The notes under the pieces are model-generated. The model was not told the origin of the DNA and did no database searches. It saw only the letters and a list, made by a program, of their open reading frames with translations. A stretch of 46,639 nt of DNA from Octopus bimaculoides (Eukaryota), in assembly GCF_001194135.2 (NCBI RefSeq), contig NC_068995.1, positions 13,514,112-13,560,750 of the forward strand, given 5' to 3'. This document shows positions 22,219 through 37,408 of this stretch, in pieces; positions within the stretch are counted from its first letter, which is position 1; each line of letters opens with the position of its first letter. The position numbers were made by a program, and so were the translations under genes.

Positions 22219-25200
22219 TTTTCACAGAATTTATGTTAACCAAACTCCACTCACAAGGCATGGATAAACCTGAGGCTATCATAGGAAACCATTTGTCAAA
22301 GGTGCTATACAGTGAGATTGAACCTAGAACGATAGATTTGCAAGGCAAGCTTCTTAACCACAGAGACATGCCTACAACCAATACGTCCTTTTGCTGCAGA
22401 CTCACCAGAGACTAGTCTCAGGCCTATGATACAAACTTCCAGTTTTAAACTGATGTGAATTATAACATTCCATTACAATTTCATGTTAAGTGTTATGGGA
22501 GAATCCTGTACACCCCCACCTGACTGAAAGTGGACTAATGGATTTCAATAAATAAAGAACTGTGTGAACTGTCACGGGCAGTGGACAGTGTTGGTCGACC
22601 ATATTGATTATTGTTTTACAACCAGCATGTACATACACATCATAGCAGTAAGTAAAGTCTCTACCTGGTGACCAGAGGGGGAGGCTGTTTCTCAACCAAT
22701 ACATCGCTCTGGGTATCACTGGATGATGAACTTTGGTGATGATGTTATTCCACACTTTCCCATCTATGGTGCTGGTCTTGGCATGCTCAAAGTCAAGACA
22801 CTATGACCTCAGGTCTTCCTCAATTTATTTCACTCATGTCTTCTTTGGTGTGCTGCACTGGATTCTTTGGTGTGGTAGTCTTCTGGTGCTCGTCCTGCTG
22901 ATGTCAAATCACTGTAGCCTGCACTGCCGAACTTGATCTTCAACGGTCGACTGCTGCTACTGGCCTTGTTCTCGGATGTTGTTGTTTGAGATTCAGTCAC
23001 GTAGAGAGACTCCAAGGATCTGACAAAAGACACCACCTTTGGAACACCTCAAACTTGTTCAGGTCTTGTTTGAGGATGGTCCAGGTATCAGCACTGTGGA
23101 GGAGGACAGGCAAAACCAGCATGCAGAAAAGACGGCTCTTGATCTTTAGGGAGATGTTGGGCTTTTTCCAGACACAACATCACATTAATTTATGTTCCAA
23201 ACATCAACTTAATAATGAACGAACTTATTTTACTGAACTCTTCCTTATTTAGAAACTTTAACTGAATCAAAGACTGTATATTTCAACAGAAATAATTTGA
23301 TAACAAAAAGGATTAATGGTTTTTTGCCAAATATTTTTTTTTTGTGGTTATTTCAATTTGTCTTTTTCTTTCTTTTTTTTCTTTGGCAGGTTGTAAAAGG
23401 TGAAGGTCCTATAAAGAAGTTGCATAAATTACGGCGACAAGTGTCCAAGAAATTGAAATCTCCATTTTATTACGACAAAGAGGTGTTTAAACCAACACCT
23501 AAACAGTACAAATGTCCGTTCTCACGGGATAAAGATTATTTGTAAGTATTCAGGGCTTATATAAGACTAGCAGAGATACCCGGCATTGCCCGTGTTACAT
23601 GTAATTGAAGAATGAGACTTTTCTGTTATATTTTGTTTAAGGAACTGGAATACCTATGATTTGAATTTCATCAAAATTGCACATGAGGGTTCTTTCCCTC
23701 TTTACACACCCTAAAAAAATTCTAATCATGACACATGTATGTATCCCATACTATTGATCTTTATGCGCATATTCCAAAATTCCAGTCTACTGGAACCTAA
23801 AAAAAGGATTTTGCTCCTGAAGAATGGAGCTCTAAAATGTGGGAATGAAGGCCTCTATTGGGGGTGGGGGTGTTAATGTCAACCAGAGAAGAATGTTTTT
23901 AACTTGGGTCTTATAATATGCCTGTATATATGTGAGAGTATAGTTTCACTTGAAATTGAAAGTATTTAAGTGAAAGTATCTGACATTACAGTAGTGACAT
24001 GTTATTGTTTCACTTTTGACACGTAATAGTGAAATAGTGGAGGAGATATGATATTGCTGTGGGCTTGAACTATGCAAGAAGTTAAAAATTTTTTGGGCCT
24101 AAGACACTTTATGGACCCTAAGTAAGGGCATGTGTANNNNNNNNNNNNNNNNNNNNNNNNNNNNNNNNNNNNNNNNNNNNNNNNNNNNNNNNNNNNNNNN
24201 NNNNNNNNNNNNNNNNNNNNNNNNNNNNNNNNNNNNNNNNNNNNNNNNNNNNNNNNNNNNNNNNNNNNNNNNNNNNNNNNNNNNNNNNNNNNNNNNNNNN
24301 NNNNNNNNNNNNNNNNNNNNNNNNNNNNNNNNNNNNNNNNNNNNNNNNNNNNNNNNNNNNNNNNNNNNNNNNNNNNNNNNNNNNNNNNNNNNNNNNNNNN
24401 NNNNNNNNNNNNNNNNNNNNNNNNNNNNNNNNNNNNNNNNNNNNNNNNNNNNNNNNNNNNNNNNNNNNNNNNNNNNNNNNNNNNNNNNNNNNNNNNNNNN
24501 NNNNNNNNNNNNNNNNNNNNNNNNNNNNNNNNNNNNNNNNNNNNNNNNNNNNNNNNNNNNNNNNNNNNNNNNNNNNNNNNNNNNNNNNNNNNNNNNNNNN
24601 NNNNNNNNNNNNNNNNNNNNNNNNNNNNNNNNNNNNNNNNNNNNNNNNNNNNNNNNNNNNNNNNNNNNNNNNNNNNNNNNNNNNNNNNNNNNNNNNNNNN
24701 NNNNNNNNNNNNNNNNNNNNNNNNNNNNNNNNNNNNNNNNNNNNNNNNNNNNNNNNNNNNNNNNNNNNNNNNNNNNNNNNNNNNNNNNNNNNNNNNNNNN
24801 NNNNNNNNNNNNNNNNNNNNNNNNNNNNNNNNNNNNNNNNNNNNNNNNNNNNNNNNNNNNNNNNNNNNNNNNNNNNNNNNNNNNNNNNNNNNNNNNNNNN
24901 NNNNNNNNNNNNNNNNNNNNNNNNNNNNNNNNNNNNNNNNNNNNNNNNNNNNNNNNNNNNNNNNNNNNNNNNNNNNNNNNNNNNNNNNNNNNNNNNNNNN
25001 NNNNCACACACATATACAAACATGCACACACACACACACACATATACCAACATGCACACACACACACACACATGCAAACATGCACACACACTCATGTGCA
25101 AACAAGGGAAAATATGAACACATGCACACACACACACACACTCTCAGACATATGGATTCACTCATACATGCATGCATGTATGCATTCACATGCACACACA

Positions 25201-26917
25201 CACACTCTCATATGCTTACATACTCTCTCACACACACACACCAGGGCTGTGGAGTCAAGACAAAAAACTTCGACTCCTCTACTGTTGGCACCTCTGACTC
25301 TGACTCCTCTTTATGTAATTAAGTGATTGTGGTCTACATATCTAATAAAGTATATGTATACGCTTGTACTTTGAGCAGGCCTATATGTTGTAACTGGTTT
25401 ACATTAAAGAATAAAGACATTGTGAGTCAGAGTCGGTATAATTTTACCAACTCTGACTCCAGCTACCCCTTAATTGTTTCTGACTCTGACTCCAACTCCA
25501 CAGCCCTGACACACATCTGCACTCACTCACATGTGCATACACTCATACATGCATGTACTGAAAAGATGCTTGATATATACAAAATGCTTCTCTTCAGTTT
25601 CCATCTTCCAATTTTAGTCAACCCATGGCTATAAAAGAGAACTCTTACCAACAACATCCATACAACAGGAGTGAACCTCTAACCACATGGTTCCAAGGTG
25701 AACTTAACCATACCTATGCCTATTATCGTTAGCATACTGGACAAAATTCTTAGCAGTGTTCCTTTTGGCTTTACATTCTGAGTTCAAATTCCACCAAGAT
25801 CAACTCTGAGACATGTTACATTTGTTGGAAGCAGGTGAAGCTTGGCAACAGTAATAGCATCCAGCCATAGAAATTCTGCCTCAACAAATCTCATCTAATT
25901 CATACATACATCTCATCCATGCATAGATGTTAAGTTCAGGATGATGTGTTCCACCAGTAATTTTCTTTTTATGGCTATATCAGAGGTGAAAAGACAATAG
26001 TTATAGACTTTTTACAGAGTCTCTGTTTAAAGATGCACATGATACATTATCTTTTCTATTTTTATATTGTTTCACTCATTGAGTGCAGTTCATGAAAGGT
26101 TTATTCAAACAGATCAACTCCAGTACTTAAAGGCTGTCTTAATCTCCAACTTTACTTGGAGGTTGTTTTAGAACACAGAATATTACTTTATTTACAAGGG
26201 CGGCAAACTGGCAGAAATGTTAGCGCATCAGGTAAAATGCTTAGTGGTATTTCGTCTGTCTTTATGTTCTGAGATCAAATTCCACTGAGGCCGACTTTGC
26301 CTTTCATTCTTTCGGGGGTTGATAAATTAAGTACCAGTTGCATACTGGGGTCGATTTAATCAACNNNNNNNNNNTTAATCAACTGACCCCCTCCCCCAAA
26401 ATTTTAGGTCTTGTGCTTAGAGTAGAAAAGAATATTTTTAAGGTAGTGAGCTGGCAGAATCATTAGCATGCCGGGCGAAATGCTTAGCAGTATTTCATCT
26501 GTCTTTACATTCTGAGTTCAAATTCCGCCAAGGTCAACTTTGCCTTTCACCCTTTCAGGGTCAATAAATTAAGTACCAGTTGCGTACTGAGGTCACACCA
26601 ATCGGGTGACCCCCTCCCCCAAAATTTCGGGCCTTGTACCTAGAATAGAAAAAAATATTACTTTATTTACTCTGAGAGGACCTCGCATATAGACTCAAGA
26701 AAATAATGCAGTATTCCGTGTTCTAACACAACCCCCACATTAAGTTGGAGATCAAGATTGCCTTTTGGCCTTAATACTGCTTCTGTAGCTATTAATTATT
26801 TTTTAATAACCCTAGTGTTTATTTTTTAAGTCTGGCACTCATTCTTTTGGTACCTTTTGCCAAATAGTTAGGCTACAGAGATGTAAACAAATTGATACTA
26901 GCTGCCAAGCAATGGGG

Positions 26918-26962
<45 letters not shown>

Positions 26963-29900
26963 TTCCATCTATGGAATTCACTTACAGGGCATTTGTCATC
27001 CCAAGGCAATAGAAGACATTTTCCCAAGGTATCATACAGTGGGACTGAACCTGAAACAACGTGGTTGGTAAACAAAGCTTCTTAATCACTCAGCCACAGA
27101 AAGAAGAAAACTGAAAACTACAATAATGGGTTGTTTCAGAAGGAAACATTACATAAAGGTTTATTTTCAGACCTTTCTTAGAATTGAAGCAGAATTAATT
27201 CACCCAATAATGAAAAATGTGCCTGCATGGCTATGTAGTTAAGGAGTTTCGCTTTGTTACAACGTGGTTTCAAGTTCAGTTCCCCTAAATGGCACTTTGG
27301 GAAAGTGTGAAAGTATCGTCTGCAACAACTGCAGGCAGACCAATGTCTTATGAGTGAATTTAATAGATGGAGACTGTGTGGAAGCCTGTCATGCATATGT
27401 GTCTCTGTGTGAGTTTGTCTCCCCCATCACTTGACAACCAGTATCGGTTTGTTTACATCCTTCTGATTTAACAGTTCAGCAAAAGAGTCTGATAGAATAA
27501 GTACCAGAGAAATAAGTACTGGGGTTGATTTGGTTGATTAAACGCTTCAAGGCAGTACTCCAGCATGGCCGCAGTCCAGTGACTGAAACAAATAAAAGTG
27601 AAAGGTAATAATCAACAATACAGCCTGAAGTATTGAGTACTTTGTCTTGCATCTGTAAACCTTGTTCATCATCATCATCATTATCATTGTTTTTACATCT
27701 GTTTTCCCATGCTGGTATGAGTTAGATGAAACCTATTGAAGTAGATTTATGTTATGCATGGGATGCTCTTGCTGCTGCCAACACACACTTGGTTTTCACG
27801 AGAAAGGTGTGTCCTTTCCATTACTTCTCATTCATTGCTGAACCATAGGTTGCAGGATATTTGTTTACTGGTGAATGCAAACAATGTCAAGGTTTTTTCT
27901 TTGTTATATATATGTATGCATGTGTGTATATATGTTATTTATATTGTAACTATAATTTTTTTAATTTGATGTTGTTGCTTGAAGTAATAGATAGGTGTTG
28001 TAATGGACATAGTATGCTGATGTTTTGCTCCTGCTGATTACAATTGATTCCCAGATAGTCATTATCATCATCATCATTATCATTTAACATCTGTTTTCCA
28101 TGCTGGCATGGGTTGGATGGCTTGACTGAAAACTGGTAAGCTGGGGAGCTGCACCAGGTTCCAGTCTGATATGACATGGTTTCTACAGCTGGATGCCCTT
28201 CCTAGCGCCAACTACTCCAAGAGTGTAATGGATGCTTTTTACATGCCACTGGTATGGGAGCCAGTTATGAAACAACAGCACTGGCCACAGCTATTGTCTC
28301 ACTTGGCTAGACTGGTCTTCTCAAGCATGGTATATTGTCAGAGGTCTTGATCATTTGTCACTGCCCCCATGAAGCCCAACATTCAAAAGGTGCTTTTTAC
28401 GTTTCAGTTATGCAACACTCAACGTATATTGTCAATACTCTTGACACAACCAAATAGGAAGTGTTTGTAGATTCATGGTTTGTGGAGATTACATTGATAT
28501 TGGTTGTTTTTCTTAATAGATAATCTTATTAAGCTTGGAAAATGCTTTGATATTGGTGTTTAATTTGGAGAGCTTCTGTGTCACACATATATATGTACCA
28601 TAAATATGCTCAAACCTATATGCACATATATGCATGTGCACGCACTCACATAGGCGCAGGAGCGGCTGTGTGGTAAGTAGCTTGCTTACCAACCACATGG
28701 TTCCGGGTTCAGTCCCACTGCGTGGCATCTTGGACAAATGTCTTCTACTATAGCCTCGGGCCAACCAAAGCTTTGTGAGTGGATTTGGTAGACGGAAACT
28801 GAAAGAATCCCGTCGTATATATATATATGTGTGTTTGTCCACCTAGCATTGCTTGACAACTGATGCTGGTGTTTTTACGTCCCCGTAACCTAGCGGTTTG
28901 GCAAAAGAGACCGATAGAATAAGTACTAGGCTTACAAAGAATAAGTCCTGGGGTCAATTTGCTCGACTAAAGGCGGTGCTCCAGCATGGCCACAGTCAAA
29001 TGACTGAAACAAGTAAAAGAGTAAAAGATATATATATACCTTTATAGTTATTTAATATTTTTATACCTTTTAAAAATAAAAACGTGTTCTTGGTTTTTTT
29101 TTATTAAATTAATGTTTTATTTTCCAGATTTGCATATCCAGAAAATCCTGAAGATATTTTCAGTCAAGGCATGAGAACTCGAATCGTAGATTACATTTTA
29201 AGAAGAACTTCATTTGGAGATAAAGATGCAGAGTCATATTCTTGTGGTAAATATGTGGATTAATTTATGTGGAATTCAAGCAGGTGTAATTGCATAGGCT
29301 TCTGAAGCAATTAGGTTAGGAAGGAGATGTGTGTAAGATCTACATTGCTTTCTTTTTAATGCAATGGTGCAGGTGTGGCTGTGTGGTTAAGAAGTTTACT
29401 TCCCAGCCACATAGTTTTGGGTTCAATCCCACTGCATGATACCTTGGATAAGTGTCTTCTACTATAGCTCTCATTAGTATTTAATTAGTACTTATTATAT
29501 GGCCTTCAGAAGAATAAAAGGCAGAACTAAGAGGGGCGTAACTAAATACTGAAAAGTATCTTATCCTTTGTGTTTTCTATTTCGATTACCCCACTACCCT
29601 TCAATATAAATCTGTGATTTATACTACAGGCAAGAGTCCACAAATTCTTGGAGAAGAAGAAGTCTATTACTGTTATTTTCTAGCATATGAGTCGAATTTT
29701 TCAGACTAAAATTTACAGTCAACAATGGCTGATCAATTTATACACCAATACAATTTCAGACGACCAAAAATTTCATGTAAACTGCTGCAGGACTCGGAGA
29801 GATAGTGAGGATATTTGAATGTTTACACTTCGTATTTAATTTATACATCAAATTGCATGCTGGGAAATATGGTGTACTGATTCCAGTACTTGTCTGGTAC

Positions 29901-32900
29901 TTATTTTTATCAGTTTTTGTTTCTTCTCACTGGAGGTACATGGCTTAGTGGTTAGAGTGCTGGACTCATGATCATTAAGATTGTGGTTTCAATTCCTGGA
30001 CTATGCAGTACATGGTATTCTTGAGCACATTTCATTTCATATTGCTCCAGTCCCTACAGCTGGTGAAAATGAGTATTCCTGCGATGGACCTATGTCCCAT
30101 CCCGTGAAGAATATAAATTCCACAGAAACCAGGAAACTAGCTTTTATCTGTCTCTATGATTCAGGAGGGAGTTTTATCCTTTTTTTTTTTATCCATTTTT
30201 GTTTCGTCTTCCTCAGATTGATGAAAGTTGAAATTAAAGTAAGCCTTGTCAGGATTTGAACTCAGAATGTACGGAACTGTTACTAAATACTACTGCAAAA
30301 TATTGTGTTTACTATCTCAATTAATCCTACCAAACCACTGCTGTTTAAATAGAAATAAGAGATGAAAATGCAGAAAGATAAAAATAAATGAATTGATAAA
30401 CTAGACATGAAATGTAATATACTTATGAAGAAATAAAAAAAAACTGTAATTATCTTCTCTCTTGCAGGTATAAAGAAAATGATAAGTGATGGATATTATA
30501 TTTCTGCTTTCCCATTACACGAAGTAAGTATAAAATCATGTTTTGGCATTATGTTTCTAATGAAATACACATGTCTAAGTTTCAGTTAATCTTCAAAATA
30601 ATCAATAATCTGGAAGTGTTTAGTAAAGCATAGTGTTGCTATTATGTTAAACTGTCATATGTCCAAATTTGGCTAAATGCGTCTTTTTGAATATTTAATT
30701 TTGCTTGCAATAGCCAGTTCTTTTGGTCAAACTATCGTATCTCCAGCTGCTTCAGGATCCAAGATATGAAAATTGTCAAAATGTAGTACAACGGTTTAGC
30801 ATTTTTCAAAAGTGTAGTAAGTCCCACATATGACAGTTTTGCAAAAATATTTCTGACTAAAAATATATATGCATGTATTTACGATTTTATGCACCTAACA
30901 AAGTATTATTGTTAAGCTGAAACTTGCTAATGTAAAAAGAAATAGAATGGTGAAACTATTTTTCCGTTTTCTGAAAAAGCAACATTTTGGACTTACGACA
31001 TTTTTGCATAATAACAACAATATATATATATATAATCTTTATCTTATGATATTTACTTTGTATTATATTATACTCAATTATTGTGCTTTTAATTATTAAT
31101 TTTTCTATATGTGATAGTAGATTTTCATCGATGAGTTCATGAAACTTGGTTCTTTTCCCTAAAACTATATATTTATATGTATTTTAATCTGTAAAGCTCA
31201 ATTTAATTTTAATTTTTTATAAATAGATTTTAATTGAGTTTTCACCTGTAATTTTGGATTTTGTCCCTAATATTATTAATATTATTATTATTATTATTAT
31301 TANNNNNNNNNNNNNNNNNNNNNNNNNNNNNNNNNNNNNNNNNNNNNNNNNNNNNNNNNNNNNNNNNNNNNNNNNNNNNNNNNNNNNNNNNNNNNNNNNN
31401 NNNNNNNNNNNNNNNNNNNNNNNNNNNNNNNNNNNNNNNNNNNNNNNNNNNNNNNNNNNNNNNNNNNNNNNNNNNNNNNNNNNNNNNNNNNNNNNNNNNN
31501 NNNNNNNNNNNNNNNNNNNNNNATATATATATACATTTTGATATTGTCAAGAGCCAGTGAGGGAGCATCTAGATGGTAGCTTGAGCTTAATTTTCTAGAA
31601 ATAGATGCCAGCTCTCTCACAGAACACACCTGACCATGGTAAAACAATAAAAGAAAGCAAAAATACATTTGATACTGTAAAGATCCAGCACAGATCTTTG
31701 TTACGACATTTTGTATCCGAGATGTCAGATGTAAACGAACAATGAGATCAAAAATGAAAAAAAGGGTAATGGGTGTATATGCCATATTTCAGGGGGCTTT
31801 GCCCCCTTCATCAGCACCCATCTAACCCCTTAATCATCCATGAACACATTGCTTAAATAGCCCCTAAATACAAGAATGTGTTTAATATGTAAAATTGGCA
31901 TATCCATCTCCAAAGAAAACCTCGTGATAGCAAAGGAGAATAGACACCAGCAAGCCCAAAGGTTGGGGTGGGCTGCATCTGCCTACCTTGGTTGCTATGG
32001 CATTGAAGTAGATCTGGCCACCACCATTAATGGGAACAAAACCTGGATTTAAAACACTGGATGATGATGATGATGATGATATCCAATAATGTTATACCGC
32101 TGTATTTAGGGGCTTCCATACATTAATTGTAAATTGTAAACAAATGCCACTGTCATGATGACAAGTTATTTTACTAGATTCTTGATTATTTTCAAAAATA
32201 ATTGAAACAAAGGTATTTCAACAAATAAAAAAAAAGAAAAGGGTTAATTTGGAAAGCAGAATGTGATTGGCTGGAGTTCCAGTGAAATGTATCCTGGGGC
32301 AGATTGGTTCCCTTCAATTTAAAAGGAATAGACCAATAGCTACTGCTTTTTCCTATCATACATCACATAAAAATTGGCCTGGAGCCAGGAAGATATCAGT
32401 ATGTGGAGTCAAAAACAAAATTATTTCAATGAGGAAACTGGTTGTAGGAAATCTTACAAAATTTAAATATGCCACTGCTTCTGTGATATGTATTTCGCTT
32501 ATTGAGTTTCAGTAATATCAGGGCATTAGCACCAAGAGTGTAATACTCCTCAGATTGGAATCTATTTTGCAATCTCTATTTGCAAAAACGGTCAATGTGG
32601 GAGAATTTACATGGTTGATCGACCTGCTAGAAATAGCAACCAAATTTTCCTCTTAAATCATTCTCACCCCCAACCTCACTGTTTTAAAAAATAAAATGAT
32701 GTATTAGATAATATAGGTCTAACAACAGATAGGGTGGTCAGAGTTGGAATGGCTTTTGATCATATGACTGCTTAATCAGAGTAACCTGGAATTAAACATC
32801 AACAACATCTATTTGCACAACCAACAAATGCTCAGTCTGCTAAAAATAACTGTCAAATAGACAGCCCTTTCATTTGCTCCCTTTCTCCGCTTACTGCCTT

Positions 32901-35900
32901 TAATAAAGGAAGGACATTGGATAATGTTATCCTATATTCATTATGTATGAGAAAAAAAGGAAGGGATGGTCAAAGCTGGACCATTTCTGATTGTGACTGA
33001 CTTGGGGTTAAACAGTGTCAACAATATCTCTTTGCATCTGTCAGTGAGGGAAGTCCCTACATAGACACTTGATTCACTAGAAATAGTAACCAAATTTCAT
33101 TTTCCTGAAGTCACATCTGTACCATCTTAAAATTAAGTAGAATGGTCATGATGGGAATACTTCTGAAAATAGGTCTACTTGATAAAGGATGACCTAGGAT
33201 TATTGACAACAGCAACAACAACAACACTGTCTGCTTACAAAACACCCGTAAAACAATACTTTTATTATCAGTTTGAATTTCAGTTTTTGTTGTTTTTTTT
33301 AAATATTTATTTTTGGGTTGCAATACTTTCTTCTAAACTTTAGATAAAAAAATTAATTAATTAATACAGGGTACAATAGTGTTTGTTAGTGTGAGAAAGA
33401 TAAAATATAAGCTGAATACAACCATGGGGTGCAGCTATGGCTCTGTGGTTAAGCAGTTCACTTCACAACTATCTCATTCTAGGGATGTATTCAGATGATT
33501 TGATCAAATAATTGTTTGTTGGGAAATTAAACTTTCTTGTACAATAAATATGAAGCCAAAAAATAAATGTTTGTTAGTGTGGAGAAAAATAATGTTTGTT
33601 CATATGGGAAAGTCATCATTACCATCATCATTTAACATCCATTCTCTATGCTGGCATGGGTTAGATGATTCAGTATGAGCTAGCAAGTCAGAGGGCTGCA
33701 CTAAGCTCCAGTGTCTACTTTGGCATGGTTTCTGCAGCTGGAAACCCTTCCTAATGCCAGCCAGTTTACAGAGTGCTTTTTATGTGGCACCAGTGAGTTC
33801 ACCAAGTAACTCCCAAAACAAGACCCCTTTAACTGAGGGGATGTTGTACAAACTGAAAACAACCATTTGGGTGTTGATATGACTCTGTGGTTTAGAAGAT
33901 CATTTCATAACTACATGGTTTTGAGTTCAGCCTCTTGGTGCAGCATCTTGGTTTTCTAACCTAAGTTTGTTTTGAGCTTAGTTGTATGAGTGAAATTTGG
34001 TAAGCAGAAACTGTATGGAAGCCTGTCAAATGAGCCATTTCTATTTATTGGTGGTAGACTTAATCTGTCATTTGGTTCAAGACCATCAGCACCAACTTCA
34101 CCACCACCTTGTCTTTGAATGCAATTAGTGGAATCCATTTTGTTGCAATTGTTCTTCAGCTCTCTGGTCTATCAATTACTTCCTCCCATCTTTCTCACTA
34201 ATTTAAGAGGCCCTAAAATGGATCATGTTTTAAAATAATTAACAGCAACAGAAGCAATATTAGTACCAAATGGTAATCTTGATTTCCAACTTAACATGGA
34301 TACTGTGTTATCTGACAAGTTAACAAGTCTCTTAACCCCTTCGGGGTCATTGGGGCGCTGCAGCCATGCAGCATAGCTTGGACAAGAAAGCCTGGCGGAG
34401 CCCATCCCTCTCCAGGCTCGACTCATTTCTACTGCTGAGTGGACTGGAGCAACATGAAATGGAGAAGTTTTGCTCAAGAACACAAAGGATTACCCAGTCC
34501 AGGAATCGAAACCACAATCTTACGATCATGAGTCCAACACCTTAACCACTCAGTCATGTGCCCCCACTGCATTATTTACCTTGAGGAAATCAAAGTAAAT
34601 AACACAGTATTCTATATTCTAAAACAGCCTTAACATTAAATTGGAGATCAAGATTGCTTTATTATATTTTGTAAATTTAACTTTATATGTTCGCCATTTA
34701 AAATGAATGTGTACATTTTGTTCCAGGGCCACTGGAAAAAAGCGACAAAACCTAATATTCGAAAAGATCTGTATGACAACTGGGGGCATTGGAGTCAGTT
34801 TCTCAAATTTCAACCATTGCACTACATAAAGTAAGTCTTGCTGCTTGTTCTGACATTTTAACCATTAAAACCATTCCAACTATGTAAATAAAGTAAGTTT
34901 TAGAATCTGAACTGAAGTTATGTTAACAGATATTTCAACTCTTTAGCATTTAAACTGGCCATAAGCGTTCCAAATATTCTACCTGTTTTATATCCAAACT
35001 GGCCAGATCTTACCTCTCACACCTACCCTACAATATTATTCTAAAAATAAATTATGACATCATCAAAATTTTAAAGCTACAAGATAAAACGTGATAAACT
35101 TAAAACCATGTGAATAAATATGCATTACATTTGAGAGTAGTCTGAACTCTAACAGGTGAAGATAAATTTAGCATAGAATATTCACAAAACAACTGTCATT
35201 TGGTAGAAGAAAAACCTTCACCTTACAACAATATAACTTTATGACTTGAGTCAGTGAGGAAGTCTCTATGAGGTCAGTAAACCTGCTGGAAATAGCAACC
35301 AAATTACCACTAAACCACATACTACCATCTTGCAAAAAAAAAGAAAGGACAAATTGGCCCATGTAGTCAATGGTATACTATTCCTAAAAAGAATTAGAGG
35401 CCTGCCAGATGATCTTGAAGTGTTATATTTCCACATATACATGCACGCACATGTATACATAGCATGGCTATGTGGTCAAGAAGCTTGCTTCGCAACCATA
35501 TGGTTTCATGTTCAGTCCCACCGTGTGGCACTTTAAGGCAAGTGTCTTCTACTATAGCCCTTGGCTGACCAATGTTTTGTGAGTAAATTTGGTCAATGGA
35601 AGCCTGTTGTATGTATGTGTGTCTTTGTGTTTGTGTTTATCACACACCCCGTAACTTAGTGGTTCAGCAAAAAGAAACTGATAGTGTAAGTCCCAGGCTT
35701 TGATTAAAAAAAAAGTACTAGGGTCAGTTCGTTGAGCTAAAAAAATTCTTCAAGGCTGTGCCCCAGCATGGTCACAGTCTAATGACTGAAACAAGTAAAA
35801 GATAACATTTTAATTGAAACTGTCATTATTGGGTTTGTTTGTTTGTCTGTTTGTTTGTTTCTTGCCTTACCAAAAGCTTTTTCAAAATAATATACTGTTT

Positions 35901-36333
35901 CTGTTTTCAGAGAATATTTTGGTGAGAAGGTAGGAATTTATTTTGCCTGGCTTGGATTTTACACCCTCATGTTGATTCCAGCAGCAATTGTTGGCTTTGG
36001 TATAACGGTCTATGGATTAATCATTATGAGAGATAATTATGTCAGGTAAAAGTACCTTCATTTTCTTGAATTGTATTGGCTTTGTGTAATCATCATTATC
36101 ACTATTTTCGTCATCTTGTTATAATGTTTTGTTGTTGTTTTTATTGTTTAGTCCTGAGTAAACTCTGACTGAACAGACCCATTTCTTTACTTTGTGAGTA
36201 AGTTCACCGAGTGGTGGTAGAAGGATTGGTTAGGTTGCAGTTTGAATACTCCCTCTTTGGACGCTTTAAATTAGCTCATTCAGTGTGAGACAGACAGACA
36301 GAGAGACACAGAAACAGAGAGACAGATAGACAG

Positions 36334-36385
<52 letters not shown>

Positions 36386-37364
36386 TATATATATGTGTGT
36401 GTGTATGTATGTATGTATATATATATAGAGAGAGAGACAGACAGACAGATAGAGAAAGAGGAGAAACAGCTCCAGTACTCAACTGGTATTTGACAATTCT
36501 GAAAGGACGTAAGGCAAAGTCAGCCCTTGGCAGGATTTGAATTCAGATCACAGAAAGCTATGATATATACTATAAGACTTTCTATCCAATGCTTTAGTAA
36601 CACTGCCAGTTCACTACCTTTATAAACCCATGTTCCAAAGATATTGCAACCTTGGCCATCCCTTCTTTTAGCATATCAAGGACTACATTGTCAAAAATAT
36701 TTTATAATCATTCAAATATAACTGTACTCTCTGAATTTTCTTCTAAAAAACTTAATGTCTGTTCTTGGTAAAATTTACATAAAAAAATTAACTATATTTT
36801 AATTATTAATGACAGAAGGGTAATCTTTATATGCAACTTAATGTGAATGTCTTTTATTTTGTCAATTGATTATTTATTAAAATCTTATATTTTCTCTTTT
36901 TGGATTAGTTTGAAATCTTGACATTTTATTAAATAACTAAATATGGGAGTCATAGTTGATTGATTTATTTAATTTTTTTTTTTTTTCCAGTAATGAAATC
37001 TGTCAAAGCACTAACATCACTATGTGTCCTCTATGTGACCATCGATGTCCATATTGGAATCTTTCTGAAGCTTGTTCCCATTCTAGGGTCAGTGCTATTG
37101 TAGACAACGGAGCAACTGTATTTTTTGCAATTTTCATGTCTTTCTGGGGTAAGTTTTAATGATTGAAAACTATATTTTTATTTCTAAAAGTATATTTTTT
37201 TAAAAAATATTGTGTTGCAGGTATGGTTGTATGGTTAAGAAGTTTCTTTCCCAATCACATGGTTTCAGGTTCTGTCCCACTACATGGTTACTTGAGGAAG
37301 TGTCTTCTATCATTGTATCAGGCCTTGTGAGTGAACTTACGAGGTGGAAACTGAAAGAAGCTCG

Positions 37365-37408
<44 letters not shown>

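Noticed and set aside
24002-25326. 300-400 aa ORFs on both strands
   Set aside because: Made of the N gap plus CA/TG microsatellite; no coding signal.
28653-28730. tRNA gene (also similar heads at 3960, 9035 and 29930)
   Set aside because: A/B-box-like motifs run straight into SINE bodies with no complete cloverleaf; these are tRNA-derived SINE heads.
31125-31160. TCGATGA-GTTCAT-GAAAC-TTGGTT hammerhead-like string
   Set aside because: Core mismatched, no stem II and no stem I pairing; at best a decayed remnant.
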